DNA of 64,000 nucleotides from Leucoraja ocellata (GCA_036785375.1 JAWMAR010000399.1:806001-870000); one strand, 5' to 3'; numbered from the stretch's first letter, positions 1 to 12,730 are shown. Made by a program: numbers and translations. The notes: generated from the sequence alone by a model not told the origin.

Positions 1-611
1 AATGCTATACAGTCCAATATTACATATTCATCACTCAGACTGATAACAAACTTGTCACACTGCAGACAGTTCTAAAGTCAGACATAACACTACAGTAAGT
101 GCTGCACAGTGAGTTGTTACATAGCCCATGTCCCTCACTCATGCTAGCCATCCTAAACTAAACCTAACACCTTGGTAACTGCTTGATGTTTCTCCTTTTC
201 CAAAAAGCACATTGAGTTTAATCATGTTGTTATTACGATTGTGTTACAAGATATGGTATTAGTAGTCGGTTCATTAGACCAGCCTTGTTACTACATGTGA
301 TATCACCTAGCTCTTCTTGCTTGGAGGGCAATCTTTCCAAAAAATACTCTTGTCCCTATGCACCAAAAATTATATTTGTCCAAATCGCTCTTTAAAACCA
401 CTTTATTTTTACTACACATTTATCCAGCCTTTATATATATGTATCTAACCACTACACAGTGTCCATACAATATTCCCAGCTCCTATATCATATCTTTCTC
501 TTAAGTCCAAGGTAGGATTGGGTGTGTGGAGGGGAAACCTGCAGGTGGTGGTATGTGTTTTGTTGTGACCCTCCCTTTAAAAGTGACTTGCATCGAGCGG
601 TATCCACCCTA

Positions 612-972
612 AAAAGCTGCCAGCATCATCAAGGATCCACACCATCCTGGCCACTCACTCATCTCCCCGCTGCCTTCAGGTAGAAGGTACAGAAGCCTGA
701 AATCTGCAACATCCAGGTTCAGGAATAGCTACTTCCCCCACAGCCATCAGCTTTTAAACTCAACTCAAACAAAACTCTGAACATTAATAGCCCACTGCAC
801 TTTATCTGCTTATTTATGTGTCTATATATATATATATTCAATAGTATATGGTCACACCGATCTGTTCTGTATTTATTTATGCCGTCTATATTCTGTTGTG
901 CTGAAGCAAAGCAAGAATTTCATTGTCCTATCTGGGACACATGACAATAAACTCTCTTGAATCTTGAATCTT
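612..972 (+). mobile_element. Rex1/Babar-like non-LTR retrotransposon 3' end
   Basis: Encodes KAASIIKDPHHPGHSLISPLPSGRRYRSLK; ends AATAAA + (CTTGAAT)n; near-identical to 12731-13190. Confidence 0.75.
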
Positions 973-1063
973 GTGTGGTAGGGAGGGAGGGAGAGGGAGG
1001 GAGAGGGAGGGAGGAGTGATGGTCAGTGCCTCGGTGTTTACTCCCTGGTTCTCTCGTGTGTAG

Positions 1064-1230
1064 GGAGCGGAATGGCCAAGAGCTGACAAGGGAGGAGACT
1101 TTCAAGTATCGCTTTAAGAAGGACGGCAGGAAGCACACACTCTTCATCAACAACGCTACCAAAGAGGATGCAGGACATTACACCGCCAAGACTAACGGCG
1201 GTCAGTCGGTGGCTGAACTCCTGGTGCAAG
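1064..1230 (+). CDS. MYBPC3: Myosin-binding protein C, cardiac type, exon (Ig C3, C-terminal half; ~human exon 17)
   Basis: tag|G..CAAG|gtgagc, 167 nt; [55 protein letters not shown]; [14 protein letters not shown] matches the cardiac isoform. Confidence 0.93.
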
Positions 1231-2381
1231 GTGAGCTTGATCCTCCCACTCCCCCTCCCTCCCTGAAACCTGTGGCCGCCCCATCAGGAGCGATGGACCT
1301 CACACCCCACACAAGTACATTCCCTCATGTTTTGTCCAAGCTCTGCCCTCACCCCTTGTCTCCCAGCATCACCCGCCGACTCAGCTGGTGAGCAGGAGGG
1401 GGGTCTGGAACCACATGGAGACCCTCCCCAGCTGAAGGAGAGCCAGTTGCTGATGGCCGCCACATTTCTCAACCAACTGAAGTGAGTGTGGGTTTAATTC
1501 CGACTGTGGTTGGTGAGGATTTAAATGCTTATAGCTCGAGCAGTGAAACCACTAGATTGTTACAGAATCCATCGGATGTGGGGACCCCCGCAGTTATCAG
1601 ACTGCTGAATGATGCTCTTATAAACTAAGGATAAGTTCCCCATCTTCCAACCTATCTCATGGCTGTCCATGCACTTTTTCTTAATCTGCACTTTCTCTGT
1701 GACTGTAACGCTATAAGTTGTAACACGACTGCATATCCTGCACTCGGGTATAGTTCGCTTTGTACCAGTTGTACCCAAAGATCCTAGAGGGATCTTTGGT
1801 TGTACCTGTGTCATTGCTTTTTTATGACTGTTGGCAAATGAATCTCCCTCCTGGGATAAATGAAGTTATTTTGTATCGTATATGTAGTGTGATATGCTGG
1901 ATAACTGTAGTACCAAGTTTTTTCATCATCTCTATACTTATGACCATAATATACCAATAGCAGGTTGCAGTGCAATCTGAAGATGTGTAAAAAAGAAAAA
2001 AACTAATGTGCAATTAAAAAATAATCAATGTAGTAGAGCTAAGAGAAGGTACGGTGTAGGAAGGAGCAGCAGATGCTGGTTTACACCGTAGATAGACACA
2101 AACGTCTGGAGTAACCAGTGGCACATTGGTGATGCAACCAGCAGGACAGGCATGGGTGATGTTTTGGATCGAGACCCTTCTACACACCCTGTGTCCTGAC
2201 TGCTGCGATTGTTACAATCAGGACCTGCAACTCACCACGGCCCCTTCCCCTCACACCCCCGCTTCAGGCTCTCCGATTGTGTCTACAGGTGATAGCTTTG
2301 TCTCAGACTCCATTCTGCCACCTTTTTCCCTGCTGCCCCCCCCCCCCCCCACCCACCCCTCCCGACCTGACCCACCTGCAG

Positions 2382-2547
2382 AGAAACAGCTGGAGGTGTA
2401 CCAGAGCATTGCCGACCTGACGGTCAAAGCCAAGGATGAGGCGGTCTTCAAGTGCGAGGTGTCCGATGAAAAGGTGAAGGGGACGTGGTTCAAGAACGGA
2501 GTGAAGGTGGTGCCCAGCGACCACGTGCAAATCTCACATATCGGCAG
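2382..2547 (+). CDS. MYBPC3: MYBPC3 exon (Ig C4; ~human exon 18)
   Basis: cag|AG..GGCAG|gtgaac, 166 nt; [39 protein letters not shown]. Confidence 0.95.
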
Positions 2548-2599
2548 GTGAACGGGGGCAGGCGTGGCGAGCGAGTGGCGACGGGGCGGGTGGGCATTT

Positions 2600-2935
2600 G
2601 TATATTTTTTTAACCAAAAATAATTTAAATCAAATATTTACAGGAATAATATTTACAATATAAAACAATACCCACCACCATAGCACAAAGTAAAAACAAA
2701 TATTCTGAAATGTCAATATACTGAAAATGAAACAACTGTATTACAATCCTTGTCAAGGATGCATTCCACACCCCGCAGTGCCCAGCGGTCCTGGAAATGC
2801 CCCAGGCCCGGAGCTCCCGTGGACAGCGTGTAGTCCCCCTCCAATACCAAGGGCGCAGACGTAACCCCGGATAAGGGGCAACGGGTTGGCAGTTGTGGGG
2901 CCAGTGGAGGAGAGCAGAGTCTGCCCTCTGATGTA
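2600..2935 (-). mobile_element. Tx1-like LINE 3' fragment
   Basis: T-rich tail on the + strand; GC-rich body resembles the Tx1-like piece at 18.5-19.2 kb. Confidence 0.45.
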
Positions 2936-2994
2936 GCTGTGGGCCGGGCTCTCTGTTACAGCCTGTTGTATTACTATTACCATTACTATTACTG

Positions 2995-3295
2995 GGCAGT
3001 GGCAGAGTTGCTGCCTTACGGTGCCAGAGACCCAGGTTCAATCCAATCTATGGGTGCTGTCTGTGCTGAGTTTATAGGTTCTCTCCGTGATCGCGTGTGT
3101 TTTCTCCAGGTTCTCTGGTTACCTCCCACACTCCAAATACATACAGGTTTGTGGTTAATTTGACTTCGGTAAAAATTATAAATAGTCCCTAGTGTGTCGG
3201 ATAGTGTTAGTGTAGGGGGGTCGCTGGTCGGAACAAACTTACTGGGACACAGGGCCTGTTTCCACGTTGTATCTCTAAAATAAATTAAACTAAAT
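2995..3295 (+). mobile_element. tRNA-derived SINE (chondrichthyan HE1/V-SINE-like)
   Basis: B-box-like GGTTCAATCC head; ends cctgtttccacgttgtatctctaaa..; related copies on - at ~10190, 11600, 16256, 26370, 35215, 63730. Confidence 0.75.
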
Positions 3296-3427
3296 GAGAT
3301 GCAGAGTGTACAGCACCCAGCTTTACTATCAGACACACATTATTAAACACAGTATTTCTCCCACACTGCCCACCTAAACCCACAAATACAGCCTGATCCA
3401 CAGATATCATTCGGGCTCACACTGTTG

Positions 3428-3964
3428 AGGGCCGGTCCCACCAGCATGCGACTGCATGCGGCGAGCACGACCTAACATGGTCGCTTGAGCCGTACGGCCT
3501 TGCGAGGCCGGTCCCACTTTGACCGCCGGAGCCGTATGGTGTTGTGCGGAGCTGGTCCCGACATCGCGCGGGGCTCCGAAAAACTGTCACTGTCCAAAAA
3601 CTCCGCGCGGCAACGGCCTGTCGGCCCACAGCCGCATTGAGGCCGTACGCACCGTCTTGACGGGCGTACACACCGTCTCGATGCCGTACGCACCGTCTTG
3701 ACACCGTACGCAGGGTCTTGACGGCGTACGCCTAGCGCATGGCGTTACGTGATGACGTCACCGCCCGACGCCGTGCGACGTCCAAATTCTGTCGGCCCAC
3801 CTCCTGCCCAGCTGATTGGTGAGTATGATGTCGGGACCAGCCCCGCACAACTCCAGACGGCTCCGCGGTTGGAAGTGGGACCGGCCCCGCGAGGCCGTAC
3901 GGCTCAAGCCACCACGTTTGGTCGCGCTAGACCAATGCAATCGCATGCTGGTGGGACAGGCCCT
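3428..3964. mobile_element. PIF/Harbinger-type MITE
   Basis: TIR agggccggtcccaccagcatgcga / tcgcatgctggtgggacaggccct, TWA-like flanks, internal inverted subrepeats. Confidence 0.8.
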
Positions 3965-4297
3965 TAACACTCACACTGTTACAGTCAAGTACACACCACT
4001 GTAGGACTCTCCAACACAGGCTCTTGCAGTGTGCTGTAACAGATACTGTAGCAGCTGATTGTTTAATTGTCAGGCACAGTATTTCAGCCTGTTGTATTCC
4101 TGTGACACCCACACTGATACAACCTTCTATTTTACTGTCAGGCACACTTTATAGCTGATGTATTACAGATGATTAAAACATCAAAATATGTACAGTTGTC
4201 ACCTATTGTATTACAGTCAGACACAGACTGTTACAACCCACAGTATTGCTAACAGGGGCGCACTCTTACAGCCTGTTAATTTACATTCAGATGCTAA

Positions 4298-4603
4298 AGG
4301 GCCTGTCCCACTGTATGAGGTGATTCAAGAGCTCTCCTGAGTTTAAAAAAAATCAAACTCGTGGTAAGTACGTAGAATGTACGTAGCGGGTACGTCGGAG
4401 CTCGGGACGTCTCTTAGCGGCTCGTAACGCTAACGGCAGGTACTCGGGAAACGCAGTAAGGTGGTGAAGATTTTTTAACATGTTGAAAAATGTCCACGAG
4501 AGCCCCGAGTACCTACGAGTGGCCATTACCATAATTCTCCGAGTTCGAATCAGGGGAAACTCGGGAGAACTCTTGAATTACCTCGTACAGTGGGACAGGC
4601 CCT
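4298..4603. mobile_element. PIF/Harbinger-type MITE
   Basis: TAA|agggcctgtcccactgta..tacagtgggacaggccct|TAA; same family at ~14958-15190 (partial), 17743-18058, 36017-36346. Confidence 0.88.
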
Positions 4604-4660
4604 TAACTGTTAAGCCTGATGTTAGTATCTGATGCTCATGTCTGTGTTTGTGCTTCGCAG

Positions 4661-4767
4661 GATCCACAAGCTTGTAATTGACAACGTACGTCCGGAGGAC
4701 GAGGGGGATTACACTTTTGTACCCGATGGCTATGCCTTTAACCTCTCAGCCAAGCTGAACTTCCTGG
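4661..4767 (+). CDS. MYBPC3: MYBPC3 exon (C4 end; ~human exon 19)
   Basis: cag|G..CTGG|gtgagg, 107 nt; [35 protein letters not shown]. Confidence 0.95.
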
Positions 4768-5769
4768 GTGAGGTGCTGAGATTGAGGGGGGTGGCGCTGG
4801 GAGCTGGTGTGGAGGAGCGGGGCTGTGTAACAGTCTGCACAGCAGTATTGTGGAGTGTGGGGACAGGCTAGGGTCACTCTTCCAACAGTACATGTCATAT
4901 GGTCGCATAACTTGGACATCTCTAGTCCAATTCATCATTAATATGAGGGAGAACCTGTGGATGAGGTGTAATTGGACCTTGAAGAAGCTTTGGATAAATC
5001 TCACCAAAACTTAATGTACATGTAGTTGGGGGCAAGGCGCTGATATGGATAGAGGACTGGTGGACCGAGGAAATAAACTGGCCTTATTCTGAATGGCAGT
5101 GATGAGTGGTGTAGAGTAGGAATCCTCAGTGTGCTGGGACCCTCAGCTTTGCACGGGATGTATCAATGATATGGTAACGTCTCCGTGTCTGCAGAGAACA
5201 CAAAGCTGGGTGAGAGGAAGAGACTTGAGGAGGATGGAGAGAAGTCTGCGTTCTATTCACCAGACGTTAGAAGACTGAGAGGGGATCTTTTTAAAGCTTG
5301 TAACATCTGGTGGAACTGGACTAACTGGTTACAAGATGTTCCTGGTGGTGGTGGCATCTAGGGCCAGGGTCACAGCCCAAGGATAATATTGAGGACAGAG
5401 ATGAGGGGAAGTTTCTTCTCCAGAGAGAGTAGGGAACGTATGATTCTCTACTGTAGAGAGCAGTTGAAGCCCAACCATGAAATGTATTTACAAAGGAGTT
5501 CGACATTGTTGGGGTTTAAGTGTTGGGGAGAAAGTTGGAACAGAGTTGTGAATGTTTATTCGTGATGACATGGGATGGTGGGGCAGACTCGAGTGGCCAT
5601 GACCTCCTGCTGCTCATGTTATGATGTTTCTGCACTTGTATGAGTTGGATTTAGAGCCTTCTGTTGCGGTTGTGAGTCTGTGGGATGTTGACGGTGGGTT
5701 GTCTTGTGGACATCAGCTTTACTCTCATGGTGTATTCATTCTCTCTCTCCCTCTCGCTGCCTTCCACAG

Positions 5770-5799
5770 AAGTGAAAATCGACTACGTCCCCCGACAAG
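5770..5799 (+). CDS. MYBPC3: MYBPC3 30-nt micro-exon (C4-C5 linker; ~human exon 20)
   Basis: cacag|AA GTG AAA ATC GAC TAC GTC CCC CGA CAA G|gtacga = EVKIDYVPRQ; phase 1/1 fits both neighbours. Confidence 0.93.
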
Positions 5800-5908
5800 G
5801 TACGATCTTGATATTTCCTACAGCTTTCCCAGTTTTAACCCATTGCGTGGCCATGCTAGTACCTGCTTCTCGTGCCGCGCTAATGGAGATGTTTCCGCTC
5901 CCCTGCAG

Positions 5909-6048
5909 ATCCTCCCAAAATTCACCTGGACTGCCTGGGCAGTATCCCCGATGCCACCATCGTGGTCGTGGCCGGGAACAAACTGCGGTTGGACGTGCCC
6001 ATCAGCGGCGAGCCCGTTCCCATGGTGGTTTGGACCAAGGCCGACAAG
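5909..6048 (+). CDS. MYBPC3: MYBPC3 exon (Ig C5 N-half; ~human exon 21)
   Basis: cag|AT..GACAAG|gtaagc, 140 nt; [47 protein letters not shown]. Confidence 0.95.
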
Positions 6049-6284
6049 GTAAGCTGGGATAGAGGGGCGCCATGCTCCCCACCCATGACCTTGCCCCTTG
6101 GGCTGGAGATCACTGGTAGCTCACAGCTCACCTGCAACAGTAATACATAGGAACTGCAGATACTAGTTTACACCAAAGATAGACTCAGATGCTGAAGTAA
6201 CTCAGGCAAAACCTCTGCAGAAAGACACAACATGCTGGAGTAACTCAGCGGGTCAGGCAGCATCTCTGGAGAAAAGGAATAGGT

Positions 6285-6566
6285 GACCACAGTTTAAGAA
6301 TAAGGAGTAAGCCATTTAGAACGGAGACGAGGAAACATTTTTTTTCACAGAGTGGTGAGTCTGTGGAATCCTCTGCCTCAGAGGGCGATGGAGGCAGGTT
6401 CCCTGGATGGTTTCAAGAGAGAGCTAGATAAAAATAGAAGAGTCAGGGGATATGGGGAGAAGGCAGGAACTGATTGGGGATGATCAGCCATGATCACATT
6501 GAATGGCGGTGCTGGCTCGAAGGGCCGAATGGCCTACTCCTGCACCTATTGTCTATTGTCTATTGT
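6285..6566 (+). mobile_element. CR1 LINE 3' end
   Basis: HSLRIRSKPFRTETRKHFF-like remnant; 3' tail (CTATTGT)n. Confidence 0.8.
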
Positions 6567-7150
6567 GACTTTTTCAGGTCGAGGCCCTTCTTCAAACTAA
6601 AATGTATAGATGAGAATCGGTGATCATTACACCAAACACTTGCGCTCGTCCCGCCAAGTCTCCCGCTTGCGAACCACCTGAACTCCCCTTCCCATTCCCA
6701 TAGTGACCTTTCTGCCCTCGACCTCCTCCATTGCCAGAGAGAGGCCACCAGCAAATTGGAGGAACAGCACCTGGTATTTCGCCTGGGTAGCTCACAACCC
6801 AGCGGTATGATGGTTGATTCCTCCAATTTTAGGTGACTTCTACAATCACCTGTCTTCCTCGCCCTTCCTTCCATCCCGCCCCCCCCCCCCCACTAAAAGT
6901 CCATTAACCAGTTCCACAGTTCACAGTGATGTATCCCCTTTGGGCTCACACCATCTTTAGCCAACAATTGGCTGATCAAGGAACCTCCTTCCTTGAGTTT
7001 AGCTGTTGCAAGCGCTGTTTGTCCTGTTTTTTCCTCGCATTCCAGTTTCCACTCCCCTCACCCCCACTGCAATCAGTCTGAAGAAGGGTCCCGACCCGAA
7101 ACGTCACCTATCCATTTTCTCCAGAGATGCTGCCTGACCTGCTGAGTTAT

Positions 7151-7887
7151 TGTTCAAGAAGGAACTGCAGATGCTGGAAGATCGAAGGTACACAAAAATG
7201 CTGGAGAAACTCAGCGGGTGCAGCAGCATCTATGGAGCGAAGAAAATAGGCGACGTTTCGGGCCGGGACCCTTCTTCAGACCCAGGCACTTTCCGTTGCA
7301 ACCGCAAGAAATGCAATACCTGTCCCTTCACCTCCCCCCTCGACTCCATTCAAGGATCCAAGCAGTCGTTCCAGGTGCGACAAAGGTTCACATGTATCTC
7401 CTCCAACCTCATCTACTGCATCCGCTGCTCTAGATGTCAGCTGATTTACATCGGGGAGACTAAGCGGAGGTTGGGCGATCGTTTCGCCGATAACCTACCT
7501 GAACTCCCGGTGGCTCAGCACTTCAACTCCCCCTCCCATTCCCAATCCGACCTCTCTGTCCTGGGTCTCCTCCATTGCCAGAGTGAGCAACACCGGAAAT
7601 TGCAGCAACAGCACCTCATATTCCGCCTGGGTTGCTTGCGTCCGGATGGCATGAACGTTGAATTCTCCCAATTTTGCTAGCCCTTGCTGTCTCCTCCCCT
7701 TCCTTAACCCTCGAGCTGTCTCCTCCCATCCCCCCGCCCTTGGGCTCCTCCTCCTCCCTTTTTCATTCTTTTCTCCCCCCCACCCCCCATCAGCCTGAAG
7801 AAGGGTTTTGGCCTGAAACGTCGCCTATTTCCTTCGGTCCATAGATGCTGCTGCACCCGCTGAGTTTCACCAGCATTTTTGTGTACC
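7151..7887 (+). mobile_element. Penelope-like element fragment (GIY-YIG endonuclease) with inverted terminal repeat
   Basis: ORF has CNRKKCNTCPF..NLIYCIRCSRCQLIYIGETKRRLGDRF..HF; 7151-7281 is the reverse complement of the 3' terminal segment; flanking duplication acctgctgagttattgt. Confidence 0.85.
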
Positions 7888-8238
7888 TGCTGAGTTATTG
7901 TCTCTTCCTCCACCTCCCTCTCCCTCCCCTCCCCCCCTCTCTCATACTGGGTTTTGGTCTGATTGATTAAATGAGCACCTTTATGAAACTGTGCAGTACA
8001 GAGACAGGCCTTTCTGCCCATCGAGTCCATGCCAACTATCAAGCATCAATCCCATTATATTTTGTTGCTGTTCCAGACCTGACACGATTCACATTCTTTC
8101 AGCCATCGCCTCTTCCCCTGACCCTGGACCCTGGTGGAGGGGTACCCTGTACTCCATCAGAGGCGGGTGGAGGGGTGGCTGTAACTTGGGTGGAGGGTCG
8201 GGGGACAGGAGTAGCTCTGACTCTCTTGCTGTGTACAG

Positions 8239-8398
8239 GTGATCACGGAGATGGTGGGCCGGGTCCATGTGGAGAATCATCCTGATCACTGCGTCTTCAT
8301 CGTGGAGGGAGCGGAGCTCTCGGACCAGGGGGTCTACACCGTGCTGGTTCAGAACCCGGCTGGGGAGGACAGGGCCGACATCACCGTCAAAGTGGTCG
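8239..8398 (+). CDS. MYBPC3: MYBPC3 exon (C5 C-half; ~human exon 23)
   Basis: tacag|GTG..GTCG|gtgagt, 160 nt; VITEMVGRVHVENHPDHCVFIVEGAELSDQGVYTVLVQNPAGEDRADITVKVV. Confidence 0.95.
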
Positions 8399-8559
8399 GT
8401 GAGTATAGGTTTCCCAGCCATGGTGTAAAGGAGCTGGTTCCTGCCCCCCCGGCACCTTATACAACTGCATGGTGAGGGTGGTGTTTACAGGGGTGCCTCG
8501 GCAATCCCAAACCCAGCTATTGGGAGCATTTGGGAAAAGGATGGCAGCAGCCACAAACC

Positions 8560-8972
8560 ATTCACCCCCCTCCCACCCCCTCCTCCCCCCACCATCCCCC
8601 ACCCCCCTCCCCACCATCCCCCACCCCTCCCCACCATCACCCACCCCCCTCCCCACCATCCTCCCCGCTCCCCACCATCCTCCCCCCCTCTCCCCCTCTC
8701 CCACCATCTCCCCCTCCCCCTTCTCCCCAACATCCACCCCCCTCCCCACCATCCACCCCTCTCCCACCCTCTCCCCCCTCCCCCACCATCACCCACCCCC
8801 CTCCCCACCATCCACCCCCTCCCCCCTCTCCCCCTCTCCCACCATCTCCCCCCTCCTCTCCAACATCCATCCCTCCCCAGTCCCCACCATCTCCCAACCC
8901 CCCCCACCATCCACCACCACTTCCCCCAGCATCCCTTCAACCCACCACACCCCCTCTCCCCAGCCCCACCCT
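8560..8972. repeat. C-rich low-complexity repeat (ccccaccatc/cccctctc units)
   Basis: Degenerate tandem units, almost no G on the + strand. Confidence 0.9.
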
Positions 8973-9015
8973 ACCTGCTGCAGGCCGACCCACTGACCAC
9001 TGTTGCCTTTGCCAG

Positions 9016-9120
9016 ATGTCCCCGACCCTCCAGAGGCGCCGCGGGTCTTGAGCGTTGGAGAGGACTGTTGTACCATCGAGTGGGAACCGCCGGCATTCGA
9101 TGGGGGCCAGCCCGTGCTCG
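9016..9120 (+). CDS. MYBPC3: MYBPC3 exon (FN3 C6; ~human exon 24)
   Basis: gccag|AT..CTCG|gtaaga, 105 nt; DVPDPPEAPRVLSVGEDCCTIEWEPPAFDGGQPVL. Confidence 0.95.
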
Positions 9121-9474
9121 GTAAGAGGATGAATGTGCCAGCGTTTCATGGCAGGAGGGGAAGCATGTCCTCCCTCGGTTTTTCCCATTTGTCCCTCCTC
9201 TTCTCTCCCCTCCACCTGCTCCCCACAACCCTGCTCCCTCGACCATCGCCCCCCACCTCTGCTCCCCCCCCCCCCTTCCCCCCCAACCCCATCTCTTCTG
9301 TCCCTTCAACCACTGACATTTCAGCCCCTTCGCCCTCTGGCCAATGCCCTCTCTTCTTCATGTTTCCTCTGCCCATTCCCCTCTCTCCACTTCCCATCTC
9401 ACACTCTCCCACTCTAACTCTCTCACTCTCTCTCCCTCTCTCTCTCCTTCTCTCACTCTCTCTCTCTCCGGTAG

Positions 9475-9663
9475 GTTACGTACTGGAGAGGAAGAAGAAG
9501 AAGAGCCATCGTTGGATGCGGCTGAACTTTGACCTCTGGAAGGAGACGAGGTTTGAGGCCAAGCAGATGATTGAAGGCGTTCTCTATGAGATGCGAGTCT
9601 ACGCTGTCAATGTGATTGGCATGTCTCGTCACAGCCCTGCTTCCAAGCCCTTCGTACCCATTG
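9475..9663 (+). CDS. MYBPC3: MYBPC3 exon (C6; ~human exon 25)
   Basis: gtag|GT..ATTG|gtgagt, 189 nt; GYVLERKKKKSHRWMRLNFDLWKETRFEAKQMIEGVLYEMRVYAVNVIGMSRHSPASKPFVPI. Confidence 0.95.
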
Positions 9664-10063
9664 GTGAGTGCGGCCACTCAGGGGAGAGGCAAGGTGGTGG
9701 GTCTGAAAGGGCAATGTGGTGGGGCTGCCGTCTCCAGAGACAAGACTTGTGACCCTTCAAGGGAAGGAATTGGAGTTGAAGAATGTGATCTGTGTACAGT
9801 CACAGAGTTGCTCAGTGATAAAGCAGGCCCTTCAGCCCACCAAGTCTGTGTTGAGCATCAACCACCTATTTTCACATTTTCAAGAAGGATCTCGACCCGA
9901 AACATCTCCCATTCCTTTTCTCCATTGATGCTGCCTGTCCCATTGAATTACTCCAGCTTTTTGTGTCTATCTTTGGTTTACACCAGCATCTTCAGTTTCT
10001 TCCTACCTATTCTCACCAATCCCACTTTATTCTCCCCATGCTTGTATCGTCCCCCGTATTCTC

Positions 10064-10162
10064 CTGTACACAGTGCACCTGTACACAGTCCACCTCCATA
10101 CAGTGCACCTGTACATAGTCCACCTCCATACAGTGCACCTGTACACTTTGCACCTGTACACA
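10064..10162. repeat. Short tandem repeat (cctgtacacagtgca / cctccatacagtgca units)
   Basis: Visible tandem units. Confidence 0.8.
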
Positions 10163-10498
10163 GGCTGCAGTTTACAGACGCCACTTAACCCACTAACCCA
10201 AATATGTTTGGGACTTGGGAGGATATCAGCCTATGTGGCCCCAGGGAGGGCATGCAAACTCCACACAGACAGCACCACACAAACTCCACACCAGAGGTTA
10301 GGGTTGAACCCCTATCACTTGAGGCAAGGCAGTGGTGGATCGATGTTATTGGCCCCACCTGCCAGTCTCCGGGGTGTAGCACGATGCGTAGTGTCTGCCA
10401 TTCCTGGTGCCCGGGAGGACGGCTTAGGTCCACCGGGTGATGAGCAGGAGGTGGGTTTGCTGCCCCAGCCTAGTCTTAATGGCTGTGTTTCACCGCAG

Positions 10499-10633
10499 CT
10501 CCGACCAGTGCCCCCACCCACCTGACGGTGGACGATGTGACGGACAGCACCATTGTCCTGAAGTGGAGAATCCCAGAGAGGGTTGGAGCAGCTGGGCTGG
10601 ATGGGTACCTGGTGGAATACTGCATGGATGGAG
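10499..10633 (+). CDS. MYBPC3: MYBPC3 exon (FN3 C7; ~human exon 26)
   Basis: cgcag|CT..GGAG|gtgagt, 135 nt; [45 protein letters not shown]. Confidence 0.95.
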
Positions 10634-10644
10634 GTGAGTGGCAG

Positions 10645-11031
10645 CACACACTGCCCACCCACTGTGTGCACACACGCACACACTCACCCACACACACATG
10701 CACAACCCTGCGGCATTACACACACACACCCGCATGCACACACACACCCGCACACACTCACACGCACACATTCACCCGCACACACTCACCCACACACACA
10801 TGATTACATGCACACAGGCACAGCCCTGAGGCAGTACACATACACACGCACGCACATGCATGCACATGCACACCCACATACACATGCATACATGCACACA
10901 CATGCACACCCGCATACACTGTATACATGCACATAAGCACAGCCCTGAGGCAGTTCACTCACACACACACACACCTAGGCACACATGCATTCATACACAC
11001 GAGCATAGCCCTGAGGTGGTACACACACCCC

Positions 11032-11089
<58 letters not shown>

Positions 11090-11120
11090 CATACACGCAC
11101 ACAAGCACAATCCTGAGGCA
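10645..11120. repeat. CA-rich compound microsatellite with recurring agccctgagg spacer
   Basis: (CA)n runs including a pure tract ~11034-11087. Confidence 0.9.
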
Positions 11121-12730
11121 GGGTCCAGGAGGTGGCATTCTCTGGGCAGGGCAGAGGTGTACACTACAGCTTGTTGCTGAGCTCTCAATGTCCACTCTAC
11201 TCACCAGTTTACTCACCAGTTAGACTGGCTTTTAAGGAATTTGATTTACCTTCTCATGCTGCTCAGTATTATACAGAGTCCAATGTATTAATGTAGATCA
11301 TATGATGCTCATGTTATTACAAATATGAGATTTCACTGTAAATACTGTCATATCGTTCATAGTTTGACCAGTTATCAGTTACCACAAACTTACACTGCTT
11401 AGTTTTAGATCAGTTACCAGTTGTCACTCAAAGGTTGTGGACATATTTGTAAATTATTCACTTCCACACGTGCTATGAGGTATTGTACAGAGCACGTGTG
11501 TATACACACAATCTCATTCTCCCACACTCACGCACCCTCATAATCACACACTCACACAAAGATCACTATCAGGCCATAAGGAATAGTCAGTGTGTACTCG
11601 AGTTTAGAGATACAGTGCGGAAACAGGCCCTTTGGCCCATCGTCCGTGCCGACCAGCGAATCCCGCACGCTAACACTATCCTACACACTAGGGGCAATTT
11701 ACACTTTTACCAAAGCCAATTAACCCACAAACCTGTATGTCCTTGGAGTGTGGGAGGAAACCAGAGCACCCTGGAGAAAACCCAGTTGGTCACAGGGAGA
11801 ATGTATAAACTTCGTACAGACAGTACCCCTAGTCATGATCGAACCTGGGTCTCAGCCCCTTGAAGGCAGCAACTCTACCACTGTGCCACCGTGCCACCCC
11901 TAATTTTCAGAAGAAAGGGTCTCGACCCGAAATGTCACCTATCTACGCTCTCCAGAGGCACATCATTAGACTCCATGGTCAGTTGCACAGCGCTAGGATA
12001 TCACAAAGACTAGTGAAAGGATATATCTGCTCACAAGCTGCTCACTAATCCGCTGGGTGGTAATGTACAAGTCTCTGCTCACATTATGGGATATAGTCCA
12101 TTATGAGATAATGAAAGGTTTGGCAGCTCCCACATGTTGAGGTTTGATGGATTAGCATTATCTAAATTTGCGGACACACAAACTGGCAATAATTATAAAA
12201 GGGTTTGTGTACAGTAATAGCGGTGGGATTGGCACGTTCACAGTTGATTATCGTCTAATAGTAAGGCATGAAAATATTATGCAGGGCGATAATATAATTA
12301 CTGTCAGATGAGCTGGTGTCATGCATTGACGTAGCTTAGCCTAAGATGGGTGATGTTATACACGATAGTCTCTGCACTGGGCATGTTGCACATTAGCAGC
12401 TGGCCTTCAGTGAGAATTGTCTTACTAACGGCAGCTCAGCAGTGCCAAGTAGAATGGGCAGATAGTACTATACCCAGGATGGTCAAGATACAGCATTTTT
12501 ACACACATATTTACACAAGTACAAACTTATTTATGCAGTGCTGCTCTGTAACAATGCACACCAGAAGCAGCTGTCCATTGTATGAGTCTGTCACAATTGT
12601 CACCAGCAGTCTGTGTGTATGTGAGTACATCCAACATGAGGTGTGGGCATGTCCTCTTGTACTTGCATCTGATTACGCCACAAAACATTGGTTGGGCGGC
12701 ACAGAGTACAGTGGGCAGTTCTGGTCACCA

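Noticed and set aside
1-600. Scrambled-looking sequence (also ~1500-2040, 11220-11600, 11960-12730)
   Set aside because: Faint CR1-like remnants (e.g. tctaaatttgcggacacaca at ~12161) suggest very old repeats or noisy consensus; nothing supportable.
7150-7680. 176-aa GIY-YIG ORF as a host gene
   Set aside because: Chimeric frame running across the inversion junction of a Penelope fragment, inside an intron.
8387-9051. Pro-rich and Gly-rich ORFs
   Set aside because: Artefacts of the C-rich low-complexity tract.
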